NCBI GenBank assembly: GCA_002269645.1
Contig: NIVC01004510.1
Location: 1 to 43,632 of the forward strand
DNA from: Macrostomum lignano
Taxonomy: Eukaryota
Length of the DNA: 43,632 nt
Direction: 5' to 3'
Both the position numbers and the translations under genes were made by a program. Shown here piece by piece: positions 20,972 to 34,080 of the stretch. Under the pieces are notes generated by a model that was not told where the DNA came from, did not search any database, and saw only the letters and a list, made by a program, of their open reading frames with translations. Numbering within the stretch: position 1 is the first letter of the stretch; every line of letters begins with the position of its first letter.

Positions 20972-23530
20972 GTAAGCAATTCCTGGTATCGTTTGTACAA
21001 AAAATAGAGCTGTGAGCTCCTACACGCGTGGCTAAAAGTTCCCAGTTAATCTCAACTGGTATTAACCTCTTGTCTCTTTAGCTATTAGTTAGCTATCTGC
21101 AATATTTCTGCAGACACGAATAAGAAATCCACTTAAAACTATTTTCTAACTACTTTTCAGTAAATTATCTATCATTATATTGTGACAGATTGCATTTCAC
21201 CTTCAAAATTTCTTAATTAAATTATCGCTTCCGGTGGCGGCAATGCCACATTTGTGCACCCTGGTTCCACTCTTTCTTAAGTGCGTTATAATACATGTAT
21301 TGAAACAGAATTTGCTGCAATAGTGCCTCTGTCTCTACTCATACTAGTAGTAGTTTAAAGGAAAAATAGTTATTGAAGAGTAAAGTTGCCACTTAAAACG
21401 AATGGAAATGACACTGTTAAAATCCTGTCGCATTTCCTGTTTTTCAGTTTCTTAAGAATCTGCAGCTGCTCAATAATTCCCTTGCCATAGTTCACCAACA
21501 AAAATATCGATTTTGTATTTAGCACTGAGAAGCCGGGACTTGCAGACGCATGCGGTGTATAATTCAGTAGGCCATGGACATACTGTAAGCAGCTAATGCT
21601 ACTTCAAGGCTAATCGCTTCATAGGCATCGCATGCGAGGGCGGATGGATAGTCGCCCTGATGTGCTGTGCGAATCTGCAGAGCTTCAACTGGCCTGGTGG
21701 TGTCCCCTTCTTGTCATGGGATTATTATCAACGCGACCCAAACAATATCCCCAGTGCCACTCATCATCGGGACTGGGGCAATTGTCACTCTTCTCACTCT
21801 AAGGCTAAACTCCTGCAGCTGCTCCCGAGTTGCATTGATTGCTTGCAGGTGCGTTCGCTCCTCTCTTAGCGCCTGGTGCTTCACCTGACGGCTAACATTC
21901 TGGCCTTTGGTTTCTGTAGCAGGATAGGCCTAGAAAGAGGCCCAGCGAGAGAGATTCCTTGCAGCAGGCAGGGGGCGGCCCTGCAGCATGGCGGAAGTAC
22001 CTTTTTTAACACTGTTGTTGATGCCGCACTTTGCGCACGTCCAGCTGCCCTATTCGCCTCATCAGCTTTGTTGCGGTTATTTTTCATTCCTTTCTCTCCC
22101 CTCATCAGCCTCCGAAACTTCTCTGTTGCCCTTTTTGCTTTCTTTTGGTGCATTTTTTCCTGGCTCGACCTGGCTCTTGCCGCACCTGAAGATATTGTGC
22201 TGGCATAGGCAGTGGGAGATAGGAGACAGATTACAAGGCTAGCTAGAAACAGCATGTAAGAATTATTGTGCCAAAGCAACTGACAAGATGATCTGGCATG
22301 ATTTTGGCTTGGACTGGGAGGCCTGATATCTGCTTGGGAAGAACTTGAACCTTGGTTGCGTTCGGTATACGCATCTAGGGGCGCCTGATCCCGCGCAGAA
22401 ACTTGCTCCTGGCTTTCGCCCATTTCCCAGCCCCATGTTACCCCACTAATTGCAGGTTGAAGGGTTGCAACGGCTCTGCAAGGAGAGAAGGCGGTTGGGG
22501 CGAGGGGAATCATCCCTGCACTGAGGGTGTGGTATCCATGCATCATTGTCTAAGCCAGTGGGCAGAGCTGAGGCACAGCACGGGAAGGCAATGGATAAAA
22601 AATGCATAGGTCAGATAGCGGCGAGTTTACTCCTGCTGTAGTCATTAGCTCTAGCCATGGCGAGCCAATCATTTTTTGGTCCACTTGTGACATCCCATAG
22701 CTGTTTGAATATTGCGGACAAAAATAATACGAGCACAATGCACTTTTTAGCGAATTGAAACCTTGTCGAACTGCGACTGAAACACAAGCATGGCCTTTAG
22801 AAGCATCATGATTTTCTTAGTCTGTCAGTTCATAGCTGGCTGGCCCACTCTGTGTTCATAGTGCGCATTCATCCGTTGCAATTCCAACCGTTAGGTTTGT
22901 ACAATTTCTACGGTTTAGCTTTGCGAACGCAAACATTGGGGCTGGTAAAGGCTAATACACACGGATCCTAGACACGCTGCAGGGCCTGCATGCGTTTTTG
23001 TTCTTTAGCGAGATGGCCCTCTCTTCCAACAGTGTTCCTCCGCTTGCATCGCGATCTTTCGGTATTGCCTATCAGCTGCTTTCCTATGTATCTGCGCTTG
23101 CGTACGTCTGTTGCAGCCGTCCAGAATGCTGCCTAATTCTTGCTTGCTAGACCTACTGTCAGCTGGCTGACAGCTTTTACATACAGTTCTTAAACTTTTC
23201 AACGCTGTTCTTGCATTAAGTCTCCAAGAAGGACAAAAGCATGGATGCTGTTTCTTAACTAGCAGGGTGTGAAGGTATTATCTGTGTCACTAATTCCTGC
23301 TTCTGCCCTTTTTATTGTCCGACAGCTCTATGCAACAAATGCGCCAACTTGTAAAGTACTTCAGATAAAGAGATTAAGTCATTCATAGGATTCTTGAAAT
23401 ATAATTCAATGATGGTTAGTACAATAATGTTCAAGGTTGTACAATAGGTTGTAAGGTTCAAGGTTGTACATGGCAAGGTGTACAATATTACGATAATAAT
23501 CATCATTGCATGAGGGGTTTGGTTTGTCAT

Positions 23531-23595
23531 TATAATATAGCGCAATATATAATATATAATATATATATATAATATATAATATATAATATAGCGCA
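23531..23595. repeat. AT microsatellite bracketed by direct repeats TATAATATAGCGCA
   Basis: Read directly from the sequence. Confidence 0.8.
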
Positions 23596-25826
23596 CGGAA
23601 ACAAACTAGGGTTTGTGGCGCGAGATTTTGGCGCGTTTACCGCTGAGCCATGATGCCTACTATGTTATTATGTCTTACATGACAGCAACAAAGGTCTTAA
23701 AACAAGAGCAGCGTTGCGGCGGGTGCCGACGACCGTATGGCTATCCCGTATTGATAATACGATTGTAAGGAGAGAACTTGTTACAACTTGTTAAATTAAT
23801 CGAAATAGGAAATAAGCCTCTTGTCTGTGGCATTTGCCCATTCTTACAATGGCGATTTCAGCCAGTTCTGAATTCTGTTGCTCATGAATGGAAACACCAA
23901 TCAAAAGAAGAACTGCAAGAAAGAAAACTTATGAATGTTGACTATCAGTATACGCAGTTACTAAGAAATAGTAGCAGACAGTTGTGCAAAGTTTTAGATT
24001 AAAATTCGACCTTTTTTTCAGTACACCCTTTATATAGAAGCTTTTCATTAAAAATTGAGCATTGATTTTAAGGCACTGCCAATCATATTCAACTGATGTG
24101 TCTACTTTCGTCTATGGTCGAAACACCGTCTATGGTCTGTGCCACGGGCAGAGGCAGAGCATTGAATTTAAGACACAGAGCAGTCATAATTCAGGCAACT
24201 CATGGAGTTGGAGAGTCCACCAGACGAAATCAATCTACAGAATTGTTCCATGGAGTCAGGCGTGGATGTCATCACGGTTGCTAAGAGTGCAGTCCGGTTT
24301 GCTCACACAGTGCGTTTCCTGTAACGCTGCGAACATCTAATTGAGCACCACATGTGGTCTGACAGTTTAGTCACAGTTGCAGTTGCAGACTTGTTCTGCG
24401 TCACAAAATACACAAAATATTGTCTAATGGCTCTGACAAAGTCTGAATTCAATGCTCTTATCCATACACGGTTTTGAACATGAACAATCGTCGAAGCATG
24501 GGTTGAATAATCTAAGCAACACGTATATTAGCTCATATATATGTTCCGAATCTGTAGTGCTACTATCTGACGCATCCGTGTCGAGCGCTGCTGCTTCTTT
24601 GAGTCGGTAAATTAGTTATTGAAAGAGCATAAGATGCAACTGGCAACGCCAACCCGAATTTGGACTCCGTTGCTTCTCCTGCGCCGCATGCGTGACTCAT
24701 TCCCCCTCCCCCGCCACCCAATTCCCCTGTTACCAAGCGCCTTGGGAGCGCTGACTCGGGGCGGCCATATATTCCCATCTCGCCCGCCGCCAGCTTGCCG
24801 CTCTCAGGCCCGGCCTTTCTTTCCCAAGTCCGCTCTTTCCCATCGAGTCAGCGCTGTCCTTCTTTGACCCACTTTGCTCAGTCTAGCCTGCATATGCAGA
24901 TAGGGAGTCTGGAGCTTTCCTGTATTTGAGCTGCTGGTAGGCTGGTGCGAGTAGCATGCGTGCCCTCTGATTGCCAAGCCCAAGAGCCTCGTTATATTAT
25001 AGTTTGATTTCTCTGCGCCCCGCATTGCTAAGCCATTTTATTTTACTTTATCTAATCTAGCCACCGGCGCCCCCGCGTGTGTGCTCACGATTGCGTCACA
25101 GCGTCGACTTGCTTCTTGTTTGGAATTTTTTGTTGAAATTTTAGTCAGTGGAACTTCTCTCCAACTGTGTGCATCGTATTCGTATGGCTATATCGGATTT
25201 CTCACTTTGATAATATTGCTGATTATATATGACTGTTTCCTCTTTGGCTACTATATATACGTGTGTCGTCTATAGTATGCGTCATCGTTTGGCGTTTTTA
25301 GTCTTGTTTACCCTTACATTTAGCCTAGTAATTTAAGGGTCTACTTTGTTTGCTGTAGGTTGCGTCAGCAATCGCCACCCTTTCAGTCACCTGTCTGTTT
25401 GAAGAAGATAAAGATGCTGCTTTAAAATTTGGCTTTATTTTGATACACCGTGCTGTGCCATTTTCCTACCCGATATAAAAAGCTAACTCAATCAGGGATC
25501 TCGATACTCAACATTCATTTATTTATATTTTGTATCTTTTCATTTCGCGTGCCAACGATCTAAGTCGCTTTGCGTAAAAAAACTGAAGAAAAAACAACTT
25601 TGCACTCGGGCATCATTCAGCGTGTTGAAAGTCTGGATGGTCTGTCAGGGATGATTAGGAATGCGCGATCTATTTGGAGATCGATGCTTGAGGCCATTGT
25701 TTACCGCAATAATACATGAATTTTTATTTTTCAAACTAGCAATCAGAGCCGCCCCCGTTTGGTTAGCCAACAAAAAATGAAATTATTTTTTTAAGTGAAA
25801 TACTTGTAGGTTTTGATCTCTCAGCA

Positions 25827-25924
25827 TTGACATCCAGCAATTCCCTCCGTAAGCTTTGCCGTCTCTGCAATTCCCCTCATAAGCCTTGACATCTCAGCAA
25901 TTCCCCCCATAAGCTTTCACATCC
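25827..25924 (+). repeat. ~31-bp minisatellite, ~3 units, related to the 13171 array
   Basis: GCAATTCCCC..TAAGCCTTGACATCTCA units. Confidence 0.75.
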
Positions 25925-26080
25925 AACTCTCAGACAATTGAATGCTTTTATTCAGATAGCATTCAGTTGCTAAACAGTTGCAACTGGCGGTCCTGAATGC
26001 CTTCTGGCAGCAGCTGCCTGAAGAGCTGATCAACCGGTTTGTGATCAGGATGTCACGGCGAGTGTTCTCACTGTTCCTAC

Positions 26081-26380
26081 ATAATATTAATATTAATAAC
26101 TGATTACACCTGCCCCAATCGGCAGATGTGCAACCGAAAGCTCAGCCGCAGCTATTGCGCGGCGCATCTGAAAGCTGCGTACGGCTGTTCAGTCCAAGGA
26201 CTGGGGGGTCGCCACACACACCCTCAATTACCACAGCTAATGCTGGCACCCATTTTACAGCTGGGTGAACTGAAGCAATGCAGAGTTAAGTGTCTTGCTC
26301 AAGGACACAAATTGTTCCGAGTGGGTCGAGAATCGAACCCCCGACCTTCAAGTCGTGAGTCCGACGCTCTAACCACTAGG
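26081..26380 (-). mobile_element. tRNA-derived SINE, family A, second copy
   Basis: Reverse complement of 5450-5748 with few differences; A/B boxes and AT tail. Confidence 0.9.
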
Positions 26381-29300
26381 AATAAAAAGCAAGCAATAAA
26401 AACATTGCTCAGTTGGGGGAGGTTTAGCCGTTGCTGAGTATATTAGAAATTAAAATTAATCTTTCCCATCCGCGTGATTTGACCTGGCTTGACCCAGATT
26501 TTCTCTCTATGCAGTTCTCTCAATATCTGCCTAGGGATTTTTCTTTGCAGTTTTATATGCAACAGCCAGCTTGCCTGTTTTTATCTGCCTGCCTGTTGCG
26601 GCTATTCCAAGCACCTGCCGCGCAATGTTTGTGTTGCCAGCCCCCAACTGCGCCGGGATTTATCTGACTTGAAATATGCCCCGATGCCAAATATATGCCT
26701 TACGTAGCGGTGGGATTCTGAATGAAGAGTATATAATGTTATAGATGGATTCCCATAGTTGGGATTATCCGGCTTACAATTTGTTCCTTCTAGTCTTGCA
26801 GAATATTCTCCCTTGGCTTTATTGGCTCTTGCTTTACAAAAAAAGCTGGGGGCGCTTAGCGCGAAACAATTCTATGACCACTCAATGCATTGGTTTATGC
26901 CGTAGGGTGAGCCTAAATATTCAGCTTCTTAGATTTAATTGCTGGCTAGCTTGCTAATTAATTCTTTTTATTATTCCCTCGCTAGACTTTTTGCACCTGC
27001 CGCGTACTGCGTCTTCAGCTACTGCAGATATTCTGTTTGGGGTCGATGTTTGCGGCGAATTGAATCTTCACCTGAGAGAAAAACGCTGCTTTAGGGTGTG
27101 AGTGGAGGTCAGATGAGGTAAAAATGGAATCTCCAAATTCTGACAGCTCGGTCAATAACTATAGGCTTAAGAGGTCAGTCTCGGGGTCATCATTTTACGC
27201 ATTAGATCGATTTGAACAACTCGAAAGTTGACGGGGCTTCCTTAGATTGATGAGATTTTTTTTCGCTTCATCAATCTCGAGGTGTGTTTGCCTTCAGTCG
27301 AGTTTTACTAGAGGAATTTTCGTGCCGACCCAGTGTGAAGCCTGCGACTCCCCAGGTCATTTATGGTTTCTATCCGTTTGTTTGACATTTTTATTTCGGC
27401 TTTAATATCTATCTAGCCGCTGGAAAATTCATTAAGACCTTTTATTGTCAAGCGCGTGTGGTAGATTGGCTTAGCTTTATGGCGACCGCTAACTCTGTGC
27501 ACTTTATTATATAGCTAAAAACTAGCCGTATAAACTGATTATTTGATACATTTCTTTGCCAATAATGAATGAAAAGAAAATTTATTGCTATATTTGGAAG
27601 TAAGTGACTCTCAAATATGCCGGCTCTATGCACAGCACGGTGGAGAGCTTAGCCACCTTCTATTACCTAGTATAGATGTAATAGAAACCTTTGAAACCGT
27701 TGATGCAGCGCCTCGCCCCCGGCCCCGCCTCTTTTTGGCAGACTGCCAAACTGTACTGATTCTCCAACATGCTTACTGTGTATATTATACAGATTAGTAG
27801 CTGTGTGCCAAGCGGCCAGGTGCAAAAATAAGAGATTGCCAACAAATGTTCTGCAGGCACGAATACATATAAGCAATATATGGACTCCGTTTTTCTTATG
27901 AATTACATTAGTTGTCTTGGATTTGACGATATGTATCGAAAATGCTGTTCCAGAAAGAAACTCAGTTAGAAAAGAATGTAAGGACAGACAGGGTATGATT
28001 GTATATAGGGACAGTCCTCAGGTGAAATTTCGAGAAGATGTAAAGATAATCTTATACAGGTCGTCACACACTTCTGGATCTGCATGTTTATGCAGGGAAT
28101 AGTCTCAAAATTCTTCCCAGAAGCAGCGCAGCGAATAATCCGAATAAGACTAGGACTAGTCGAATATATTCGGTCACTTCCTGATGTCAGTTCTCCTGCT
28201 CTTCGTGCTAATCTTCCCGGCAGAAGTCGCATCTCTAGGCTAGGCTTGTAGCTCGATTGCTCTTTTGCCTCGAGGGTAGCCGGCGCTGCGGTGTGCTGCA
28301 GGAAATTCGAGGAATGCAGCAGTGAATAGTTTCCTCACACTGATTGCGCAATCAATCTCCCATTGGCTTACTTTGCTTTGGCCTTGCTCTCCTGCTGCTG
28401 AGGTCGCGCTGAGGACAAGCTGCATATAGTAGTATTCTATGAGTAAGGATATTTGTAAGTTTGTATCTATTATATGAGCAGTATTATTCGAAATAGCGAT
28501 ATTTAATGACTGGATCTTCTCTTTATCACCATACCACCATAAGGAACTGCGAGCCAGCTATCTATTTTGATTTTAACTTTCAGTCTGCTGGCTTGCATAG
28601 AAGATATTTGATTCATTTCAATAGTCCTCTATTTCTTTTATGGTTTTGACCAACAATAATTTATTCGCACATTAACCAGCCTGCTTATTCGTTATTCGCG
28701 ACTATGATTGTCAACTTGTCTACTTCTATAGACTGGCTGGCTTAGTGTTAATGCCAAGCATGTTATTATTCCACATTCGGCAGAGCAGATAATTCTATAT
28801 TCTGCTGCAATGTTTACTGTCAGCTTTTGAATGCATTTGATTTATTGAAATTCAGTTACATGCAAACCCAACATGCTAGCTAGCCCATCCAATGCGCCTA
28901 ATGCATCTTGTATTATCATCAATCTTTGTAGGTAGTTTGATTAATAGGTTTTTCATTATCAAAAAGGGGAAGTTTTGATTAAATTAGATTATCCCGTGCT
29001 GTCGGGGATTCTGTCTGCAGGATGGCTCTTCTTATTCCAGCAAAAAGCTTCCTAGCTGGAAGGCGGGAAATTACAGCCGAACGTCATTTCAATTTCACTA
29101 ATTTTCTGCATAACTCGCCACTTCTGTCAGCTGTTTCGGCAGCTGAAAACGGGACTACTAGGAACCTTGGCATCCTTGACAATTCAATTCCGAGTTTCCG
29201 CTGCCTTCTGCATACAAATCGCTAATCCTTGTGCTTGATTACGTAACGAAAACTTTGCGTCACACACGGAGTTTTTGTTCGATTGACATCGCTAAGACCC

Positions 29301-32300
29301 GACACCAAGGCGGAGAGACAGTTCAAGAGGCGGAGATTTCAAATCAGTTTTCCTTTCCTCTTGGCTGCACTCGAGAAGGATTTCCAAAGCCTCCGCTTCA
29401 GCTCTCAGCTTTGTGAAGCAGCAATGGTACCTGCTGCCTACTGGAAGTTGAAGCTCCACTTTCCTCTCATCCAGGCCTGCTGGAAACGTAAACATTTTCC
29501 GAGTTTTAAAATGCTTAGACCGCGCTGCGCTGTCTGCACTACGCACGGGCTGGTGGGGCCGAGCCCGCCCAGTAATAAGCTTGCGTGCCTGTTGCTTAGT
29601 GGGTTGCTAGACTAGATTTTCGAGCCGAGAAAAATTCTCTTTGGGTGGCATTCGGACCGAAAAAAATTTCTTCAAGCTGAACTGAAAGGGCTGGCACGCC
29701 CGGCGGAGTGGCAGCTTTGAGCGAAGGCTTTTGGAATCCCGGGACTTTGCCGCGTCGTCTCGCTCGAATGGCCACCGTAGCCGTTTTTACCTTTTCTTTT
29801 AGAAAAAAGTCGTTTGAAAATGAGGACATCGGCATCTGCTAGAGCCTATCTAGAGTGGCTTCGGGTCACGGCCCTTGACATTTTTCTTTCTATCTTATAC
29901 GAAGTCAACTAGGGGTCGGATGGTACGGCTTGAATTTATTGTGTCAGTTTTTGTTGTTCCTGTGGTGAACAAATAGTGCCAAGTTTATTATACCAGTGCT
30001 TACACCGCGTATACTGCCGAGTAAATGAGTAAGCTAGTTTCTAACCAAGCCAAGTAGAACTTTCCCACACAGTCCTGGTAGCAGTTGGTTCTGGCGGGTT
30101 CAAATGATACGCATAGCATTTTTGACGCCCGGAAGGCCAGTAATGCTTAAACAGCTGCTGCTGCTGCATCGGGTCTGTGGCCACACCTGTGCGTGTAAAC
30201 TGCATGAATGAGTTAATAGTCTGCAGAGTAGGGATTGGTTCAACCTCCTTGTTGAATCAGCTGCGTTTCCGCTCTGGAAAGTTCGCCTCTTTGAAGTTGA
30301 ATCGTAAGCCGCATTCGCCTCGGGTGCTGGTCAGCTGCTTTTTTGCATTTTTCCGTTAGCCTTTGCGAGCTATTGCAATGCAATCTCGAATCGAATTCGA
30401 TTTTGAATGACAGTTCAGTCTTGCCTTCTTGCTTGTAACCTACTGTGTTGGGGAGATCGCGACAACCCGAGGCGATATTGGGTCAGGCCGGCATTTTGTG
30501 AGCCGGGATGAGTCATCGGGGATTTGTGGGTTAGGAGGGCTGCGGCGTGTTAAGGAGCCGGTCGAAAATTCACGCGTAGGAAATGCAGCAGAGTTGAGTG
30601 GGAGTGTGAGCGAGAAGAGCTAATTTCCTTTCACTTTTTTCTCCCACTCGCCAACGGAACGGTGTGAGGGACTGACAATTGTCAGACACTAGGGTTTCCA
30701 CTGCGTGGCACAAGCCGGGAATGTCGCGTCAAAAAGTTGAAGCTTCCTATTCCACTTTCCGATTGAGGTCTGAATCCAGCACTATCGCAAATTCTCTCTG
30801 CCTTTCACGTCGCGCACGCTTACAATTTTACTTTCGGAAAAGGGGAAGGAATAAAGTTAAAAAAATGAAAGGCGTGAGATAATTCTACCTGTCTGTGTCA
30901 ATATGGAACTCAATAATATATTCATAAAATACAAAGTGCAAATTATGGATTGCATGGCAACTACGCATAGCAACCTAAAACACTGGTTCGTTTTGCTGTG
31001 TTTTCATCTTCACAAAGATGGATTTGATATGGGCTTGTGCATTAGAATTATAAATCTAATAAGCTGCGCAATAGTTGAGCTTGAGCTGTGAATTATTTAT
31101 TAAGAAATTTGAGTCCTTTCTGCAAAGTTCGTGCCTTTCTACGGTTCTGTTCGGGACCTGTACTGGGATTTATGAAGCATCTTATGCTAGTCTTGCAGTA
31201 ATAGCATCGTTTTAGCAGGTAAAACATGGGGAAAGCCAGTGAATGGACTATCAGCTAATGAGCGTGTTAGTGTTAGATGCTCAACCGTGTCCTTGTTTGA
31301 ACTACTCGCCTCCCGCTTGCTGCATAGGATGTATAGCCGCTATGTGAAACAAGCGGTTTCTTGCTGTCTTTTGTGCGTCGAAAAATGTTGCTAATAGACA
31401 GTGTCCTGACAGGCATTGTACTCTATCTTATGTATTAGAAAATCTAATCTGCAAACCTACACCCTGAGTGAGTACCTTCCTCACAAAGTCACAGAGGGAT
31501 AATCAGGATAGTCCTGCGCTATAGTGTGCATGAGATCGTCCCCGTAACTAGGCACTGTAATTCCGATTTCTTTCACGAATCTTAAAGATTCAATCCGATT
31601 AAAATCAGCTTGTTATTTCGTGCTGCTTTGGAATTCCCCCTCCCAGTCAGTGGCTACAGGGGCCACCACAGTGCATATAGTCCACTAAATCCGAAGGCTA
31701 TTTTTAGACTCTCCCGGCATATCGTCATTGGCTTCTTTGCTTCGGGGCATTCCGCTCTGGCTAATTTTGGCCATTCTGGCCTGAACTCTCCCCTGTGAAT
31801 TTCTCTCCCCTCCCGCCCTCTCCCAGTTCTCTCTCCCAGCTTCTACTTGCTCAGTCCAGGCGATTCGCCCAATCCCGGGGCCTGTGCATTCGCCTGGTCT
31901 CCACCCCGCAGCCAGTCAGGGCGAACAGACTCTCTTGGTTCCTTCCCATTCCCAATGAGATAGCGCATATAAGGGCGCTTATAAAGCGTAGCGTAAGGCT
32001 ACTGCGCCCTGCTAACCCACTACAATAATAGTACTGCCCTGTCTATTTATTGTGTTAAATCTGCGTCCTCTACTGTGCGCTTCTTAACACGTGCAACAGC
32101 TGGCTTGACTGTCTTCTCTCGGCATTAACGTTTCTTTGCGGAATTGAGCGGATCTCGAAACTCGTTAGTTAGATTTACACAATTAAAAAACCTGCGGCTT
32201 CTGACACTTAAAAAATTCATTTATGTAAAGCAGCCGCGACAGAGGTTGGCACAAGTCTGTGATGCAAACTGCTTCTACTGAACACTAAGGTCATTGTTTA

Positions 32301-33838
32301 CTGATAAACATATCGGTTCCGCGTATTCTAATTGACATCTAACTGTTTATTCCGTTTGGAGACGGTGCTCAACTAAAGTGAGTAGCTATCTGTAATCTGC
32401 TGCAGCTTCTCTGCCACACTAAATGCTAGAATTTAATGCGCTTATCCGGTCTGCCTGTCGAGCATTTTTTTGGCATCGGGCCAAGAAATCCCATATATGC
32501 ATCGCCCTGCGCTTGCTATGCTCGCGCCCACTCCTTCCCTTCCTCCTTTTCTCTCGCCCCACCCTCTCTCCTCAATCCTCCCTCCCTTTCAATTCTATTT
32601 TCTCCCGGCGTGCTTTTTCAGCTCCGTATTTGATAACTCTCTCCCCACTCGACTCTGCTGTTCTTTCGCCTTTCCCGTTCTCCTCCTCTTCCTCATCCTG
32701 TTTTTACTGCCGCGATTCCGCAACTTCGAGGCCAATTCTGCTGCGCGTTTCAATTTCTTATTGCTGTCAGTAGGCTGGGCGCATAAATCACAGCGATCTC
32801 TGCATAATGAGGCGCTGACAAGTGAGTGCGGAGGAATGTTCTTTTCTTGGTCTATTGAGCTTGTTTGATCCAGATGCTAGCGCTCCTAGCAATAGAGTAT
32901 TTCAAGGCTCTCCGTTTCAATAAGGGTTGGCTTTGTTTTCATCATAGCCTATAATAAAAATGCTTTTAAGCTTCGCATTGACATCAATTGATTGCGTCTC
33001 AGGTCACCAAATATATTTCACTCCATCAGCAGGTGTCAATTCAGCCTGCTAATAATGTATCGCACTCGAAGCTATTAAGAAGCTCGTTGGATGAAAAAAT
33101 CTTTGCCATTGTTGTTCAGCTTAGCTGAAGATTGTAAAATACCGGTAGTGCGGTATGGATTAACAACCTGGCAACAATATTTATGACTACCCCAGTTGGC
33201 TTACTAAAGTAATATAATTTTAGCAACGGTTCAGCTGCACTACGCTCAGTGCGTACGTGGTAGCATTATAACTGGCAATTTTTTTTCAATGTCTTAGTAG
33301 AATCACCGATCCCATGTGCATAGCTGCCTCTCTGTGCTCTCCAACTCCCCTGATCCCCCCCTCTTATTTGCGATCTTCGCTTCTTCACTTTTAGTCTGTC
33401 TGCGGCTCCTGACGGTCGCTGCTGCGTGGGCTACGCCTTCTCTCTGTCTGTCCGTGTGTGCGCACGACAAGCTTGCGTTGCATGGCAGACAGGAGCAGGC
33501 CATGCGCAGTCCGACTGACCTGGCTTAAAGGGCCATAAAGCATCGGCTGGCCTTTTCTCCACTTTTCCTACATCATTTTTTCTACTCCTCCCCCTGCTGG
33601 CGCGCCATTTTTTATCACCATCAACTGTTCTAATCCTGCATCCCGTATGGCTTTGTTGTACTTCACTGATTCTTACTACTGTCTTCCGCCTGACATCTGT
33701 TGTCTGTATTCCTGCTGCATTAGTAGTGCACTATTGCCGTCTAATAGTTCTTAGATTTCTCCACTGTCGTCGCCTATTAGTTCTGTTATTACGAGTATAT
33801 CTACTATCTACCATCTTCTGTAATTCTTTCGACGCTTT

Positions 33839-34080
33839 CGACCACTTCCCGTTCCGGGCATCCTTTCCTAGAATTTGCCACTTCCTGCCATATCCTGTAC
33901 GAGTTCGACCACTTCCGGGCATCCTTTCCTAGAATTTGCCACTTCCTGCCATATCCTGTACGAGTTCGACCACTTCCGGGCATCCTTTCCTAGAATTTGC
34001 CGCTTCCTGCCATATCCTGTACGAGTTCGACCACTTCCCGTTCCGGGCATCCTTTCCTATAATTCGCCACCTCCTGCCAT
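33839..34080 (+). repeat. 61/67-bp tandem repeat, ~3.7 units, rich in CACTTCC
   Basis: Units start at 33839, 33906, 33967 and 34028. Confidence 0.9.

Noticed and set aside
27244-27277. 10-bp perfect stem-loop AGATTGATGA...TCATCAATCT
   Set aside because: Too short for a pre-miRNA and of a size expected occasionally by chance or inside a MITE remnant.
30389-30402. 14-bp perfect palindrome AATCGAATTCGATT
   Set aside because: Single occurrence, not an alternating nGAAn heat-shock array; chance occurrence in 43 kb is not negligible.
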